DNA from: Octopus sinensis
Taxonomy: Eukaryota
Direction of reading: 5' to 3'
Assembly: GCF_006345805.1 (NCBI RefSeq)
Contig: NC_043006.1
Span: forward strand, 58,652,001 to 58,716,000
Length of the DNA: 64,000 nucleotides
The position numbers and the translations under genes are program-made. Shown here in pieces: positions 35,965 through 51,000 of the stretch. Positions within the stretch are counted from its first letter, which is position 1; every line of letters begins with the position of its first letter. Below the pieces are notes generated by a model, which made no database searches, was not told the DNA's origin, and saw only the letters and a list, made by a program, of their open reading frames with translations.

Positions 35965-37846
35965 CACGTGACTCTACATCCCTTCTACAGTGTTTGTGTG
36001 GATTGAGGCATCGTTGAGATCCACAAAGGTGACACTGTGGTTCACAGTCAAATGGTTGGGTAGGCTATTATATGCTCTCCAGGAATCTGTGATAATCTTA
36101 GTTCCTGGCAAAACATGGCGGGTAATAATAGGCAACAATGTTGCTACACTTCTTTCTACACAGGATCTAAGACAAATCTCAGACTTTCCCGTTCAACCAT
36201 TCCCAAAACCCTGTGACCTTCTCGATAACTACCACAATGATATTTCCTGTGCATGAACTTGGATTCGTTGATCTCTACAGCAACATCTCCAAGTTGCACA
36301 GGTGGTCAAAACACCACATAGCACAAACATTGCCGAAGTAATTGTACCAGTTGACAATCGCTTCTGATCCACTTCCAACTTCACTCATCACAACACTCTG
36401 TTTACATTCAATTATTGCCCAGTAATACATCAACTCAAGGAGACGAGTCAATGATGGGTGTGAACCCGAGAAAAACGAGTCTTGCCTAATGCTACGAAAT
36501 TTCCTGCAAACAGTACGCCTCCACATTTTTCCATCGGATACTGTACTGCACGATGCAAGGTACATCCGCTTAGTACAGCATTTCGATGAATTGTGGATCA
36601 CTCCCACAGATTCCAGGATTGCATGAACTTGGATTCGTTGATCTCTACAGCAACATCTCCAAGTTGCACAGGTGGTCAAAACACCACATAGCACAAACAT
36701 TGCCGAGGTAATTGTACCAGTTGACAATCGCTTCTGATCCGCTTCCAACTTCACTCATCACAACACTCTGTTTACATTCAATTATTGCCCAGTAATACAT
36801 CAACTCAAGGAGACGAGTCAATGGTGGGTGTGAACCTGAGAAAAACGAGTCTTGCCTAATGCTACGAAATTTCCTGCAAACAGTACGCCTCCACATTTTT
36901 CCATCGGATACTGTACTGCACGATGCAAGGTACATCCGCTTAGTACAGCATTTCGATGAATTGTGGATCACTCCCACAGATTCCAGGATTGCATGAACTT
37001 GGATTCGTTGATCTCTACAGCAACATCTCCAAGTTGCACAGGTGGTCAAAACACCACATAGCACAAACATTGCCGAGGTAATTGTACCAGTTGACAATCG
37101 CTTCTGATCCGCTTCCAACTTCACTCATCACAACACTCTGTTTACATTCAATTATTGCCCAGTAATACATCAACTCAAGGAGACGAGTCAATGGTGGGTG
37201 TGAACCTGAGAAAAACGAGTCTTGCCTAATGCTACGAAATTTCCTGCAAACAGTACGCCTCCACATTTTTCCATCGGATACTGTACTGCACGATGCAAGG
37301 TACATCCGCTCAGTACAGCATTTCGATGAATTGTGGATCACTCCCACAGATTCCAGGATTGCATGAACTTGGATTCGTTGATCTCTACAGCAACATCTCC
37401 AAGTTGCACAGGTGGTCAAAACACCACATAGCACAAACATTGCCGAAGTAATTGTACCAGTTGACAATCGCTTCTGATCCACTTCCAACTTCACTCATCA
37501 CAACACTCTGTTTACATTCAATTATTGCCCAGTAATACATCAACTCAAGGAGACGAGTCAATGGTGGGTGTGAACCCGAGAAAAACGAGTCTTGCCTAAT
37601 GCTACGAAATTTCCTGCAAACAGTACGCCTCCACATTTTTCCATCGGATACTGTACTGCACGATGCAAGGTACATCCGCTCATTACAGCATTTCGATGAA
37701 TTGTGGATCACTCCCACAGATTCCAGGAATTGGTTTGTTGAATCCGCGTTACTCGTTTTGACATAAATGTCTCGCAGATTGTGAGATCTTTGATTTATGT
37801 CATCAACAGAAAGGACAGATTCAACGATCCTATATCGTCCAGCCAT
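35965..37846 (-). mobile_element. Merlin (IS1595/ISXO2-like) transposase remnant
   Basis: DGKMWR..C....SIRQDSFF...IVNWYNYF; frameshifted VEINESKFMHRKYHCGSYREGHRVLGMVER and TLLPIITRHVLPGTKIITDSWRAYNSL...TVNHSVTFVD...HTNTVEG. Confidence 0.85.
36251..37728. repeat. Four near-identical 370-bp tandem copies inside the Merlin transposase
   Basis: Unit starts GCATGAACTTGG at 36251, 36621, 36991 and 37361; only a few substitutions between copies. Confidence 0.95.
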
Positions 37847-38809
37847 AGTGGGATCTTATGGAAGAGTATATGATGTAATTAAGAAAATGTACAGGAGAGT
37901 GTGTGCAAAATTTTGTTTGTGCTTGTGTCTGTGTGTGCAAAACGAAAATACAGTAAAGATTTTATGTTCCAAATGTCTCTGAAACCAAGCACTTCCTGAT
38001 TTATACTAAAAAGAATTGAATTACGGGCCTGTTTTCCAAAAGCCTGCAAAAGTTAGATGCGGTAGAATGTACGAGTTGGGTTCTCTTCGTTGTTTAGCAG
38101 TAATTGTGGAGACAGATAGAATGATGTTGTAAGAGAACTGAGTTCGAGCTAGTGAGAGTGTGGGACGTTGTCTGAAGTTGCTGTAGGAATTTTTATTGCT
38201 CTCTCTGACCATTATATCCTAGCAGTTCTTTCTTTACTAATTGAGTCGTCACGAAATACCTTGTTCAGTTGCTGACAAGTTATTGATGTTTGCTTGCTTA
38301 TATTAAGATCCAGAAGGATAGATATATCATTGAGAACAATAGATCTAGTTGGTGGTCTTGTTATCTATTCTAGCTTTTGGTGAAGTAGAAGAGGTTAGAA
38401 AGGGTCAAGTGGTGAAGACATTATAGCGGCCTAGCTAAAGGCATCTGGAAAATATAAAACTGCTGTCGGAGAAAAACCATTGTTCCATTGTGGGGAAAAG
38501 TTCTGTAACAGTGTTGATTTAAATTTGGCTATGTTGGATCGAATCCACTTCATGCATGCAAGATTAGTTACACATTAAACAAAAAAAAATTAAAACAATA
38601 TCTATGAATCTGATCATAAAATAGCCAAGAAACACAAAGCACACACACAAATGGAACGCCAACTTCAAAAGAACTTTGCTTTATCTATCTGGCTTTTACA
38701 CCGGCTTGTAAAGATACCCTTCCCCCCACCCCACATATATAAAAAAATAAAAATTTTACGGAAAGTGACGATCTTAGGTAAACAATCGCACGTGGTCCAG
38801 TTGATGTAA

Positions 38810-38945
38810 ACGGTACTTATATCGACGTTATGCCGAATAAACTTCCTATCTTCTAACGATGAAATGTTTAATGAACACTAAGACTATTACAATATAGCAC
38901 TTAGGAAGGCAGGATATAAGTATGAAATTAAGTACAATAGGAACT
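38810..38945 (+). mobile_element. Penelope-like RT thumb remnant
   Basis: LCRINFLSSNDEMFNEH*DYYNIALRKAGYKYEIKY resembles IFNQKAEFYNAALSRAGYKEKISY in the Penelope copy at 63.6 kb. Confidence 0.55.
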
Positions 38946-39129
38946 ACAACACTACTAAGATGTCTTGCAAACAACTTGCACATGCAAATGCTACCAGTCA
39001 AGAACTCCACATACCGGAAGCCAGCAAGCGTATGGGGTTATCAGGAGAGAATACCTACCTCTTGATGGCATCAATGCGCTCCCCCACCACTGATATGAGA
39101 CCTCGCTTGCTAGGTCAACTGGTTATTAA

Positions 39130-41390
39130 ATAAAGCTAACTATTTCTCTAGCCATTGCTCATCGTCTCTTTCTAACCAAATCCAGTGGTTAGCCTTCTCC
39201 ACTAGTTTGGATATCGGTCATGGTGATATTGACTTTATGATGAGTTAGGCCTAACGATAACATTCGTCTCACACTGTGTCGAACAAACCCTCTACATCCA
39301 ACTTCGATTGGAAAATGCTCTGCTTTCCAGCCTGCATCTTCACATTCCTCGAGGGGGTTTACGTAACGGTCAATCTTTTGAGCCCGAGCGGCGCCCATGT
39401 TATCTTCATGAGGAACTGTTAACTCGACTAGATTTACAACTTTCTTTCTTTCACACCACATCAAAATGTCTGTTTTTTCGTAATTGGGATGGGAAAAAAT
39501 CCCTGGCAACCAGGTAAATCTGCAGTCACCTCCCAATAGCCGTTCCACCTTTCATCTCTCACAGGAAGTTTCTTGTTCTTCTTGAAACAGATCTGCTGAT
39601 CTGAGTGCATGAAGGTAACAAAATCTCTAGTTGGTACTTTCAATGGTTTTTTCTCAGTGTTGTTGAGATGAATTTGGTTCTTTATAGCATTGAAGATGAC
39701 CTTAAGGACCAAGTTGTGTCTCCATGCAAATGAACAGTTGGAAAGAATATGTTTCAGTGTTCCAACCTTTCCGTATTTGCATATGCTATTCTCTGAGACG
39801 TTCCATCTTGCTAGATTTGTAGGTGATGGCAAAACATCTTAGGCTGAACGAATCAGAAAACTTAGCTGAGATGTCGTCGACTTACATATATCATCCCAAC
39901 TTATTTTCCTCTCAACAACTTGTTCTTCCCATCTCGTCATCTGCCCTTGTTGAATACATCAGGTTAAATGAAGCTCTCTTCTCTCTGCTTCTCTCGTTTT
40001 GATGCTGTTGCTAACAACAGATCTGCGTTCCTTCTGCATCATATTCACAAACGGTCTGAACTGATCTGCGCCAAAACCAAGTCCTTTCCGATGGTTTTGC
40101 GTTGCACCTACCATATCTCTGTATAAGAGAAGACAAGATGTCATCAGTCTCTGCTTCTGCTTTCTACTTCCTGGCTGTATCTTCCCCAGTTTGTATATTT
40201 CGACTATTAACGCTAGTGGTAGCTGCAACAAACCTCTTTTAAGATAAAGAGCTGAACTGTTCAACATCCGAGGTAGGCCTAGCCAGTTTCTAATAAACAC
40301 ATTACATTTTTGTTCAATGATCTGAACTCATGACAAGGCTACCTCGTATATTAAAAGTGGCCACAAAAGTTGCGGGTACAAGCTGAACTGCAAGCACCAA
40401 ATTTTATAGTTACCTGGTAACTTCAAGTTATCAATCACTGATAATCCAGCCTCAGCTTGTTTCATAATTTCCATCCTGCGACTTCTGTCTGACAATGTTC
40501 CAGCATATACTCACCTCAAGCTCTTGACGGGTTCTTCTTTGACTGTTGGAATGCTTTCTTCAGCTATTCGAAACTTAAATTCTTTCTGCACTCCCTTAAC
40601 AAATGTCACACTACAAGACTTTTTTGCTCTAAGCCGCATGCTTGACCACCTCACAAGTTTGTCTAGTCTCAAGAGGGTATTCTGCATGATTTGTCTATCT
40701 GTAGCTAGAAGTTTCATGTCATCCATGAAGGCTTTCTTAGGCGATTGTACATGGGTGATTTGTTCCGAAAAATCCACAGCTTTCAAAATCTTCTCCATGA
40801 CTAAGATAAACCACATGATGGATATTGTATAGCCAGCAGCAATGCCAATCTGTTGTAAAATCTCCAGGTGTAAACCTCATTTCAAAACTCATAGTACATA
40901 CTCATTATTTTGATCACTTTGTCTGGAATGTAGAAGTGGTCCATGGCTCTTATCAGTAATTCGTGTGGCACTGAACCATATGTGTTAGCTAGGTCAGCCA
41001 TACCACATTCAGACTTGTTCTGTTTGGCATCCTGGATCGCTTTCCAAATTGAAAAACATTGTTCAACGCATCCAGGGATCCCAGGGGTTTCCAGCCTTTT
41101 GAACAGATTCAGCAACATATCCATCATTCTGCAAATATGTCACTGTTCTCCTTGAAAGAATTCATATAAAGATCTTGCCTTCCACATTCAATAAGGATAT
41201 CGGCCTAAACTGTTTTATAGTCTCTGCATTGGCCTCCTTTGGCAGGTATATACCTTCTGCCTTACACCAATCCTCTACTAGAGTCTCTTCATGCCACAGC
41301 TGTTGGAGTTGGACAAAGAGCTTCTTTTGCAGACGATTGCAATATTTATAAACTTTATATGAGATGCCATCACCTTTAAATGTTTAGCGA
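39130..41390 (-). mobile_element. Non-LTR retrotransposon with RT and restriction-like endonuclease (HERO/NeSL-like), defective
   Basis: GIPGCVEQ...DLANTYGSVPH, KKAFMDDMKLL (RT); CKYGKVGTLKHILSNC...WRHNLVL (Zn knuckle); LVELTVPHED...KIDRY...GWKAEHFPIEVGCRGF (RLE). Confidence 0.85.
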
Positions 41391-41399
41391 AGGATATTC

Positions 41400-41800
41400 T
41401 TATCCACTTAACTTTAGAGCGTTGTTATATACCAGTGCATGTTGCTCAAAAATTTCTTCATTCGCAGATTCTTGTCGATATCGCCGTGATAATGCTGTCT
41501 ATTGTAGATTTTGGGTGATTGGATGACACATTGATATATGATATCAATTTATTGGGCTTACAAAAGGGATAATAAAAACCAGTATTAAAACACAAGGTAA
41601 CATCCAAAAATTTCACCACTCTAGAATTAATGTCAATGATGATGTTAGGATTAAAAAAATTCCTCAAGAAGCTTCTCAACGATTTCCTTAATCTATTCAA
41701 TGCTGTCTTAGACATGCCCGGCACGGCTAAAAGGGCATCATCCCTATACAATCCACCAGTGAGAGGAAGGAAATTTTCTTTATTCTAAGTTAGTCACTTG
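41400..41800 (-). mobile_element. Penelope-like RT remnant
   Basis: YRDDALL...VVKFLDVTLCFNTGFYYPFCKPNKLISYINVSSNHPKSTI. Confidence 0.8.
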
Positions 41801-42016
41801 TGTGGAATCTGATGACCTCATGGTTATATCAAAAACACTTGTGGAGTTGGCTCTCTGCCAATTACTCTCATTGTAGATCCAACAAAACGATAACATAGCT
41901 TTTAATAACTCACAGAAAGTAAACAAGAATAACCAACCTTCATAGTTGTCTAATGTTACTTAATTGAAAACATAAAAGAAACAGGTTTGGATATTCCAGA
42001 GCCAATGAGGACTTAC

Positions 42017-45000
42017 TTTTGAACTGCAAAGTGTAGAGGTGTATCACCATTGTTGTCCACCACATTTTCATCAATGCAAATGTGATTTGGTAAGAGGCCA
42101 ACTGTATCTGTGTTTCCACTGAAACAGGAAATGCGTACAGATATGGTACCATAGTTATCTTGTGCATTCACCTGAAAAAGAAAAGAATAAAAACATGAAA
42201 AATGGTGTCTGAAAGATGAGTGGGGTGGTGAAAAAGGAAACCTTTTGAGGTTATCTTTATAGGTAACCTTTATAGTTATCTAATAATAGCTAACTGAAAA
42301 CCTAAAAGAAACAGTTTTGGATATTTCAGATCCAATGGGGACTTATTCTTGAACTGTCAAATGTAGTGGTGTATCACTATTGTTGACCTCCGCATTAGCA
42401 TCAATGCCAAAGTGACTCAACAACAGGCAAACTATGTCCGTATTTTCACTGAAACAGGCATTATGTGAAGGTATGCTAGCATAGTTATTTTGTGCATTCA
42501 CCTGAAAAAGAAAAAAATGGTGTTTGAAAGACGAGTGGGGTGGTGAAAAATTAAACCTTTATAGGTTATCTTTATTGGTAACATTTATAGTTATCTAATA
42601 TTACCTTACTGAAAACCTAAAAGAAACAGGTTTGGATATTTCAGATCCAATGGGGACTTACTCTTGGACTGTTAAATGTGGATGTGTCTCACCATTCTTG
42701 ACTACCACATTGGCATCAATGCCAAAGTTATCTAACAACAGGCCAACTATGTGCGTGTTTTCACTGAAACAGACATTGTGTAAAGGTATGCTATCATAAT
42801 TTTCTACAGCATTGACCTGAAAAAGAAAAGAATAAAAATATTAAAAATGGTGTCTGAAAGCTGAGTGGGGTGGTGAAAAATTATACCTTTATACGTTATC
42901 TTTATTGGTAACATTTTTAGTTATCTAATATTATCCATTTGAAAACCTAAAAGAAACAGGTTTGGATATTTCAGATCCAATGGGGACTTACTCTTGAACT
43001 GTCCAATTTAGTGGTATATCACAATTGTTGACCACCACATAGGCATCAATGCCAGAATGACTTAACAATATTTCGACTGTGTGCAAGTTTCCACTGAAAC
43101 AGGCATTGTGTAAAGGTATGCTATCATAGTTTTTACCTGAAAAAGATAAAAACATTAAAAATATTGTCTGAAAGATGTGTGGGGTGGTGAATAATTATAT
43201 CTTTATATGTTATTTTTATTGGTAACCTTTATAGTTATCTAATATTATCCAATTGAAAACCTAAAAGAAACAGGTTTGGATATTTCAGATCCAGTGGGGA
43301 CTTACTCTTGAACTGTCCAATTTAGTGGTGTATCACAATTGTTGACCACCACATAGGCATCAATGCCAGAATGACTTAACAATATGTCGACTGTGTGCAA
43401 GTTTCCACTGAAACAGGCACTGTGTAAAGGTATGCTATCATAGTTTTTACCTGAAAAAGATAAAAACATTAAAAATATTGTCTGAAAGATGTGTGGGGTG
43501 GTGAATAATTATATCTTTATATGTTATTTTTACTGGTAACCTTTATAGTTATCTAATATTATCCAATTGAAAACCTAAAAGAAACAGGTTTGGATATTTC
43601 AGATCCAATGGGGACTTACTCTTGAACTGTCCAATTTAGTGGTGTATCACAATTGTTGACCACCACATAGGCATCAATGCCAGAATGACTTAACAATATG
43701 TCGACTATGTGCAAGTTTCCACTGAAACAGGCATTGTGTAAAGGTATGCTATCATAGTTTTTACCTGAAAAAGATAAAAACATTAAAAATATTGTCTGAA
43801 AGATGTGTGGGGTGGTGAATAATTATATCTTTATATGTTATTTTTATTGGTAACCTTTATAGTTATCTAATATTATCCAATTGAAAACCTAAAAGAAACA
43901 GGTTTGGATATTTCAGATCCAATGGGCACTTACTCTTGAACTGTCCAATTTAGTGGTGTATCACAATTGTTGACCACCACATAGGCATCAATGCCAGAAT
44001 GACTTAACAATATGTCGACTATGTGCAAGTTTCCACTGAAACAGGCATTGTGTAAAGGTATGCTATCATAGTTTTTACCTGAAAAAGATAAAAACATTAA
44101 AAATATTGTCTGAAAGATGTGTGGGGTGGTGAATAATTATATCTTTATATGTTATTTTTATTGGTAACCTTTATAGTTATCTAATATTATCCAATTGAAA
44201 ACCTAAAAGAAACAGGTTTGGATATTTCAGATCCAATGGGGACTTACTCTTGAACTGTCCAATTTAGTGGTGTATCACAATTGTTGACCACCACATAGGC
44301 ATCAATGCCAGAATGACTTAACAATATGTCGACTATGTGCAAGTTTCCACTGAAACAGGCATTGTGTAAAGGTATGCTATCATAGTTTTTACCTGAAAAA
44401 GATAAAAACATTAAAAATATTGTCTGAAAGATGTGTGGGGTGGTGAATAATTATACCTTTATATGTTTTCATTATTGGTAACCTTTATAGTTATCTAATA
44501 TTACCTAACTGAAAACCTTAAAGAAACAGGTTTGGATATTTCAGATCCAATGGGGACTTACTCTTGGACTGTTAAATGTGGATGTGTCTCACCATTCTTG
44601 ACTACCACATTGGCATCAATGCCAAAGTGATTGAATAATAGGTGAACTGTGTCTGTGTTTCCACTGAAACAGGCATTGTGTAAAGGTATGCTACCATAAT
44701 TTTCTACAGCATTCACCTGAAAAAGAAAAGAATAAAAATATTAAAAATGGTGTCTGAAAGCTGAGTGGGGTGGTGAAAAATTATACCTTTATACATTATT
44801 TTTATTGGTAACCTTTATAGTTATCTAACATTATCAAATTGAAAACCTACAAGAAACATGTTTGGATATTTTAGATCCAATGGGGACTTACTCTTGAACT
44901 GTCCAATTTAGTTGTGTATAACCATTGTTGACCACCACATTGGCATCAATGCCAAAATGACTTAACAACATGACAACTATGTGCGAGTTTCCACTGAAAC

Positions 45001-48000
45001 AGGCAACGTGTAAAGGGATGCTACCATAGTTATTTTGTGTATTCACCTGAAAAAGATAAAAACATTAAAAATGTTGTCTGAAAGATGAGTGAGGTGGTGA
45101 AAAATTATACCTTTTTACGTTATTTTTATTGGTAACCTTTATAGCTATCTAATATTATCCAATTGAAAACCTAAAAGAAGCTGGTTTGGATATTTCTAAT
45201 CCAATGGAGACTTAGTCTTGAACTGTCCAATTTAGTGGTGTATCACCATTGTTGACCACCACATTGGCATCAATGCCAAAATGACTTAACAACAGCTCAA
45301 CTATGTGCAAGTTTCCACTGAAACAGGCATTGTGTAAAGGTATGCTACCATGATTATCTCCAGCATTTACCTGAAAAAGAAAAGAATAAAAGCATTAAAA
45401 ACAGTGTCTGAAAGACGAGTGGGTGGTAAAAAATTATACCTTTATACGTTAGCTTTACTGGTAACTTTATAGTTATGTAATAGTACCTAACTGAAACCTA
45501 AAAGAAACAGGTTTGGATATTCCAGATCCGATGGGGACTTACTCTTGAACTGTCAAATGTAATGGAGTATCACCGTTGTTGTCCACCACATTGGCATCAA
45601 TGCCAAAGTTATTTAACAACAGGCCAACTATGTCCGAGTTTCCACTGAAACAGGCATTGTGTAGCGGTATGTAACCATAATTATCTACAGCATTCACCTG
45701 AAAAAGAAAAGAATAAAAACATTAAAAATGGTGTCTGAAAGATGAGTGGGGTGGTAAAAAATTATACCTGTATATGTTATCTTTATTGGTAACCTGTATA
45801 GTTATCTAACATTATCCAATTGAAAACCTACAAGAAACAGGTTTGGATATTTTAGATCCAATGGGGACTTACTCTTGAACTGTCCAATTTACCGTATTTG
45901 ACGGCATATTAGGCGCACCCTCATTTCAGCAGGTCAAATTCAGAAAAAAAAGTTTTAAGTGTATTTAAGCATATATTGTTGAAAGCAGTCTAGCAGCACA
46001 TTACAAAAGCAGAAAACATTGCTGTATAAAAGCAAGCATACAAAAGGAAAGCATACAAATTACAATAGTAATCATCTTTTTAACCAGAAAACTCTTCATC
46101 ATCTTCAAAACAAGGAACATCTTCATCACTACTGCTGAAATCACTGTCTTGAAATAATGCATCATCTTCTGTGCCATCAAGGGCATTGCTAATGCCACAC
46201 TTCTTAAAAGCCTTCACAATGATTTCAGGCCTAACATCATCCCAAGATTTCTTCACCCCCTCACACACTTCAGCAATGGTGGGCCGCTTCATTCTTCCTG
46301 TGGTAGTGAGGACATAATGTGGCTCTGCCATCCACTTGTTCCAATGTTCACGCATGTTCTGCTTATTCACAGACACATCTAAAGGCTGCAATTGGCTCGT
46401 CAGTCCACCAGGAATGACAGCTAACTGCGTTTTCAATTCTCCCACCCTTTTTTTAATGGTTTCAGTTCTGTGTGCTCTAAACTGATCCCAAACCAGAAGA
46501 GAAGGTTTTCTTAATAGTCCACCAGGACGCCTTGACCATATATTTTGTAACCACTGTTTCATTCCATTTTCGTCCATCCAGCCTTTTTTATGAACATGAA
46601 CTAGTACACCTCTTGGAATTTTATCCTTAGGCTGAGTTTTTCTCTTAAATATCCAAAGAAGTGGCATTTTTATGCCATCAGCACAACAGGCCAGAGCTAC
46701 TGTATAGTGGGTCTTTTCGTGGCCAGTGGTTTTTATCGAAACCGTTTTAGACCCTTTGACACTCACAGTCCTGTTGGATTGTACATCAAATGTGAGTGGA
46801 ACTTCGTCCATATTCCCTATGGCCCAGTTCAAAACAAGTTTTCTTTCTTGCATTTATAACAAATCTATGAAAATCTAATATTTTTCTTCATAATCAGCAG
46901 GCATTTTTTGTGCAATGGATGTTTTTGTACGCATTGATAAACCCTTCCGTTTCATAAACCTGTAACACCAATCTTCTGTTCCTGCAAAGTTCTGTATCCC
47001 TCGTTGTTATGCTACTCTCATGGCCTCAGGAATTATCATTTTGGTAGATACACTTCTCCCTGAGTTTCTCTCATCAAGCACCCACGTTTTTATATCATCC
47101 TCAAGTTCTTGCCAATGTGGGGCTGGGCAACGAAGGTTATGTTTACCTTTCTGTGCTCTCATCAGCTGCTCTTCTTGCTGTTGCCAGACACTTATCATTT
47201 TTTCTGTAGGTGGTGGCCCAAAAACCCTTGCTGCTGCTCTATTTCCATGCTCCTTGGCATAATCTACCACTCATAGTTTGTAGGAGATTTTGTAGCTTGA
47301 TCTTTTTGCTGCCATAGCCGTGAGGGTGCTTGTACTGTTATAGTGTTTTGTTATGATCATAAACTTTGTTGTACCAAGATATCCAACCTACCTCCGTTTA
47401 TACACGAACTCGCAACGATCATGTGCATTCCGTAGTTTTACTCCTCACCGTCAGATGGCATTGAGTTAGGGTTCCAATCAGCTGATATTAGTAAACGTGT
47501 GTCATGGATCGCAGCCTAACAATTTACGGTAGATTGCTTTGATTTTTACGATAATTCGTATTTTAAAGTAATAATATTAGCAATAAAATAATGATGCATG
47601 AGTACGGAAAATATCATTAAGGCGTTAGCGTAGGTAGAAATACTTATCGTAAGCTAGGTTAGTGAGCGTCTGGGAGAAGATTAGCCTACAGGAGGGTCTT
47701 GACTTCGCATATTAGACGCAGGGCGATTTTTTTTGAGTCAAATTTTTTGGAAAAAAGTGCGTCCTATATGCCGTCAAATACGGTAGTTGTGTATAACCAT
47801 TGTTGACCACCACATTGGCATCAATGCCAAAATGACTTAACAATATGTCAACTATGTGCGAGTATCCACTGAAATAGGCAACGTGTAAAGGTATGCTACC
47901 ATAGTTATTTTGTGCATTCACCTGAAAAAGATAAAAACATTAAAAATGGTGTCTGAAAGATGAGTGGTGTGGTGAAAAATTATACCATTATGTTTTCTTT

Positions 48001-51000
48001 ATTGGTAACCTTTATAGTTATCTAATAGTTCCTAACTGAAAACCTTAAAGAAACAGGTTTGGATATTTCAGATCCAATGGGGACTTACTCTTGAACTGTT
48101 AAATGTGGATGTGTCTCACCATTCTTGAGTACCACATTGGCATCAATGCCAAAGTGATTGAATAATAGGTGAACTGTGTCTGTGTTTCCACTGAAACAGG
48201 CATTGTGTAAAGGTATGCTACCATAATTTTCTACAGCATTCACCTGAAAAAGAAAAGAATAAAAATATTAAAAGCGGTGTCTGAAAGATGAGTGGGGTTG
48301 TAAAAAATTATACCTTTATATGTTATCTTTATTGGTAACCTTTATAGTTATCTAATATTATCCAATTGAAAACCTAAAAGAAACAGGTTTGGATATTTCA
48401 GATCCAATGGGAACTTACTCTTACTGTATCACCATTGTTGACCACCACATTAGCATCAATGCCAAAATGATTTAAAGACAGGCCAACTATGTCCGAGTTT
48501 CCACTGAAACAGGCAACGTGTAAAGGTATGCTTCCATAGTTATTTTGCACATTCACCTGAAAAAGATAAAAACATTAAAAATGGTGTCTGAAAGATGAGT
48601 GGTGTGGTGAAAAATTATACCATTATGTTTTCTTTATTGGTAACCTTTATAGTTATCTAATAGTTCCTAACTGAAAACCTTAAAGAAACAGGTTTGGATA
48701 TTTCAGATCCAATGGGGACTTACTCTTGAACTGTTAAATGTGGATGTGTCTCACCATTCTTGAGTACCACATTGGCATCAATGCCAAAGTGATTGAATAA
48801 TAGGTGAACTGTGTCTGTGTTTCCACTGAAACAGGCATTGTGTAAAGGTATGCTACCATAATTTTCTACAGCATTCACCTGAAAAAGAAAAGAATAAAAA
48901 TATTAAAAGCGGTGTCTGAAAGATGAGTGGGGTTGTAAAAAATTATACCTTTATATGTTATCTTTATTGGTAACCTTTATAGTTATCTAATATTATCCAA
49001 TTGAAAACCTAAAAGAAACAGGTTTGGATATTTCAGATCCAATGGGAACTTACTCTTACTGTATCACCATTGTTGACCACCACATTAGCATCAATGCCAA
49101 AATGATTTAAAGACAGGCCAACTATGTCCGAGTTTCCACTGAAACAGGCAACGTGTAAAGGTATGCTTCCATAGTTATTTTGCACATTCACCTGAAAAAG
49201 ATAAAAACATTAAAAATGTTGTCTGAAAGATGAATGGGGTGGTGAAAAATTATACCTTTATACGTTATCTTTATTGGTAACCTTTATAGTTATCTAATAG
49301 TACCTAACTGAAAACCTAAAAGAAACGGGTTTGGATATTTCAAATCCAATGGGGACTTAATCCTGAACTGCCAAGTGTAGAGGAGTATTAGTGTATTTGT
49401 TCACCACATTGGCATCAATGCCAAAATGACTTAACAACAGCTCAACTATGTGCAAGTTTCCACTGAAACAGGCATTTCGTAAAGGTATGCTACCATAATT
49501 ATCTCCAGCATTTACCTGAAAAAAAAAGAATAAAGACATTAAAAACAGTGTCTGAAAGATGAGTGGGTGGTAAAAAATTATACCTTTATACGTTATCTTT
49601 ATTGGTAACCTTTATAGTTATCTAATAGTACCTAACTGAAAACCTAAAAGAAACGGGTTTGGATATTTCAAATCCAACGGGGACTTAATCCTGAACTGCC
49701 AAGTGTAGAGGAGTATTAGTGTATTTGTTCACCACATTGGCATCAATGCCAAAATGACTTAACAACAGCTCAACTATGTGCAAGTTTCCACTGAAACAGG
49801 CATTTCGTAAAGGTATGCTACCATAATTATCTCCAGCATTTACCTGAAAAAAAAAGAATAAAGACATTAAAAACAGTGTCTGAAAGATGAGTGGGTGGTA
49901 AAAAATTATACCTTTATACGTTATCTTTATTGGTAACATTTATAGTTATCTAATAGTACCTAACTGAAAACCTAAAAGAAACAGGTTTGGATATTCCACA
50001 TCCAATGGGGACTTACTCTTGAACTGTCAAATGTAATAGTGTATCACCGTTGTTGACCACCACATTGGCATCAATGCCAAAATGATTTAACAACAGGCCA
50101 ACTATGTCTGCGTTTCCTCTGAAACAGGCATTGTGTAAAGGTATTCTACCACAATTATCTACAGCATTCACCTGAAAAAGAAAAGAATAAAAACATTAAA
50201 AAACGGTATCTGAAAGATGAGTGGGTGGTAAAATATTATACCTTTATACGTTATCTTTATTGGTAACCTTTTTAGTTATCAAATATTATCTAATTGAAAA
50301 CCTAAAAGAAACAGGTTTGGATATTCCAGGTCCAATGGTGACTTATTCTTGGACTGTCAAATGTAGAGGTGTATCACCATTGTTGACCACCACATTAGCA
50401 TCAATGCCAAAATGACTTAACAGCAGGCCGACTATGTGCGAGTTTCCACTGAAACAGGCAACGTGTAAAGGTATGCTACCATAGTTATTTTGTGCATTCA
50501 CCTGAAAAAGATAAAAACATTAAAAATGGTGTCTTGAAGATGAGTGGCGTGGTGAAAAATTATACCTTTTTACGTTATCTTTATTGGTAATCTTTATAGT
50601 TATCTAATAGTACTTAACTGAAAACCTAAAAGAAACAGGTTTGGATATTCCAGATGTAATGGTGACTTATTCTTGGACTGTCAAATGTAGAGGTGTATTA
50701 CCATTCTTGACCACAACATTGGCATCACTGCCAAAGTGATTGAACCACAGGCCGACTATGTCCATGTTTCTACTGACACGGGCAATGTGTAAAGGTATGC
50801 TACCATAGTTATTTTGTGCATTCACCTGAAAAAGATAAAAACATTAAAAATGTTGTCTGAAAGATGAATGGGGTGGTGAAAAATTATACCTTTATACGTT
50901 ATCGTTATTGGTAACCTTTATAGTAATCTAATATTACCTAATTGAAAGCCTTTCTTAGTTTTATTTTTACTTTTACTTTTTGCATCATCAGTTCTTGCCA

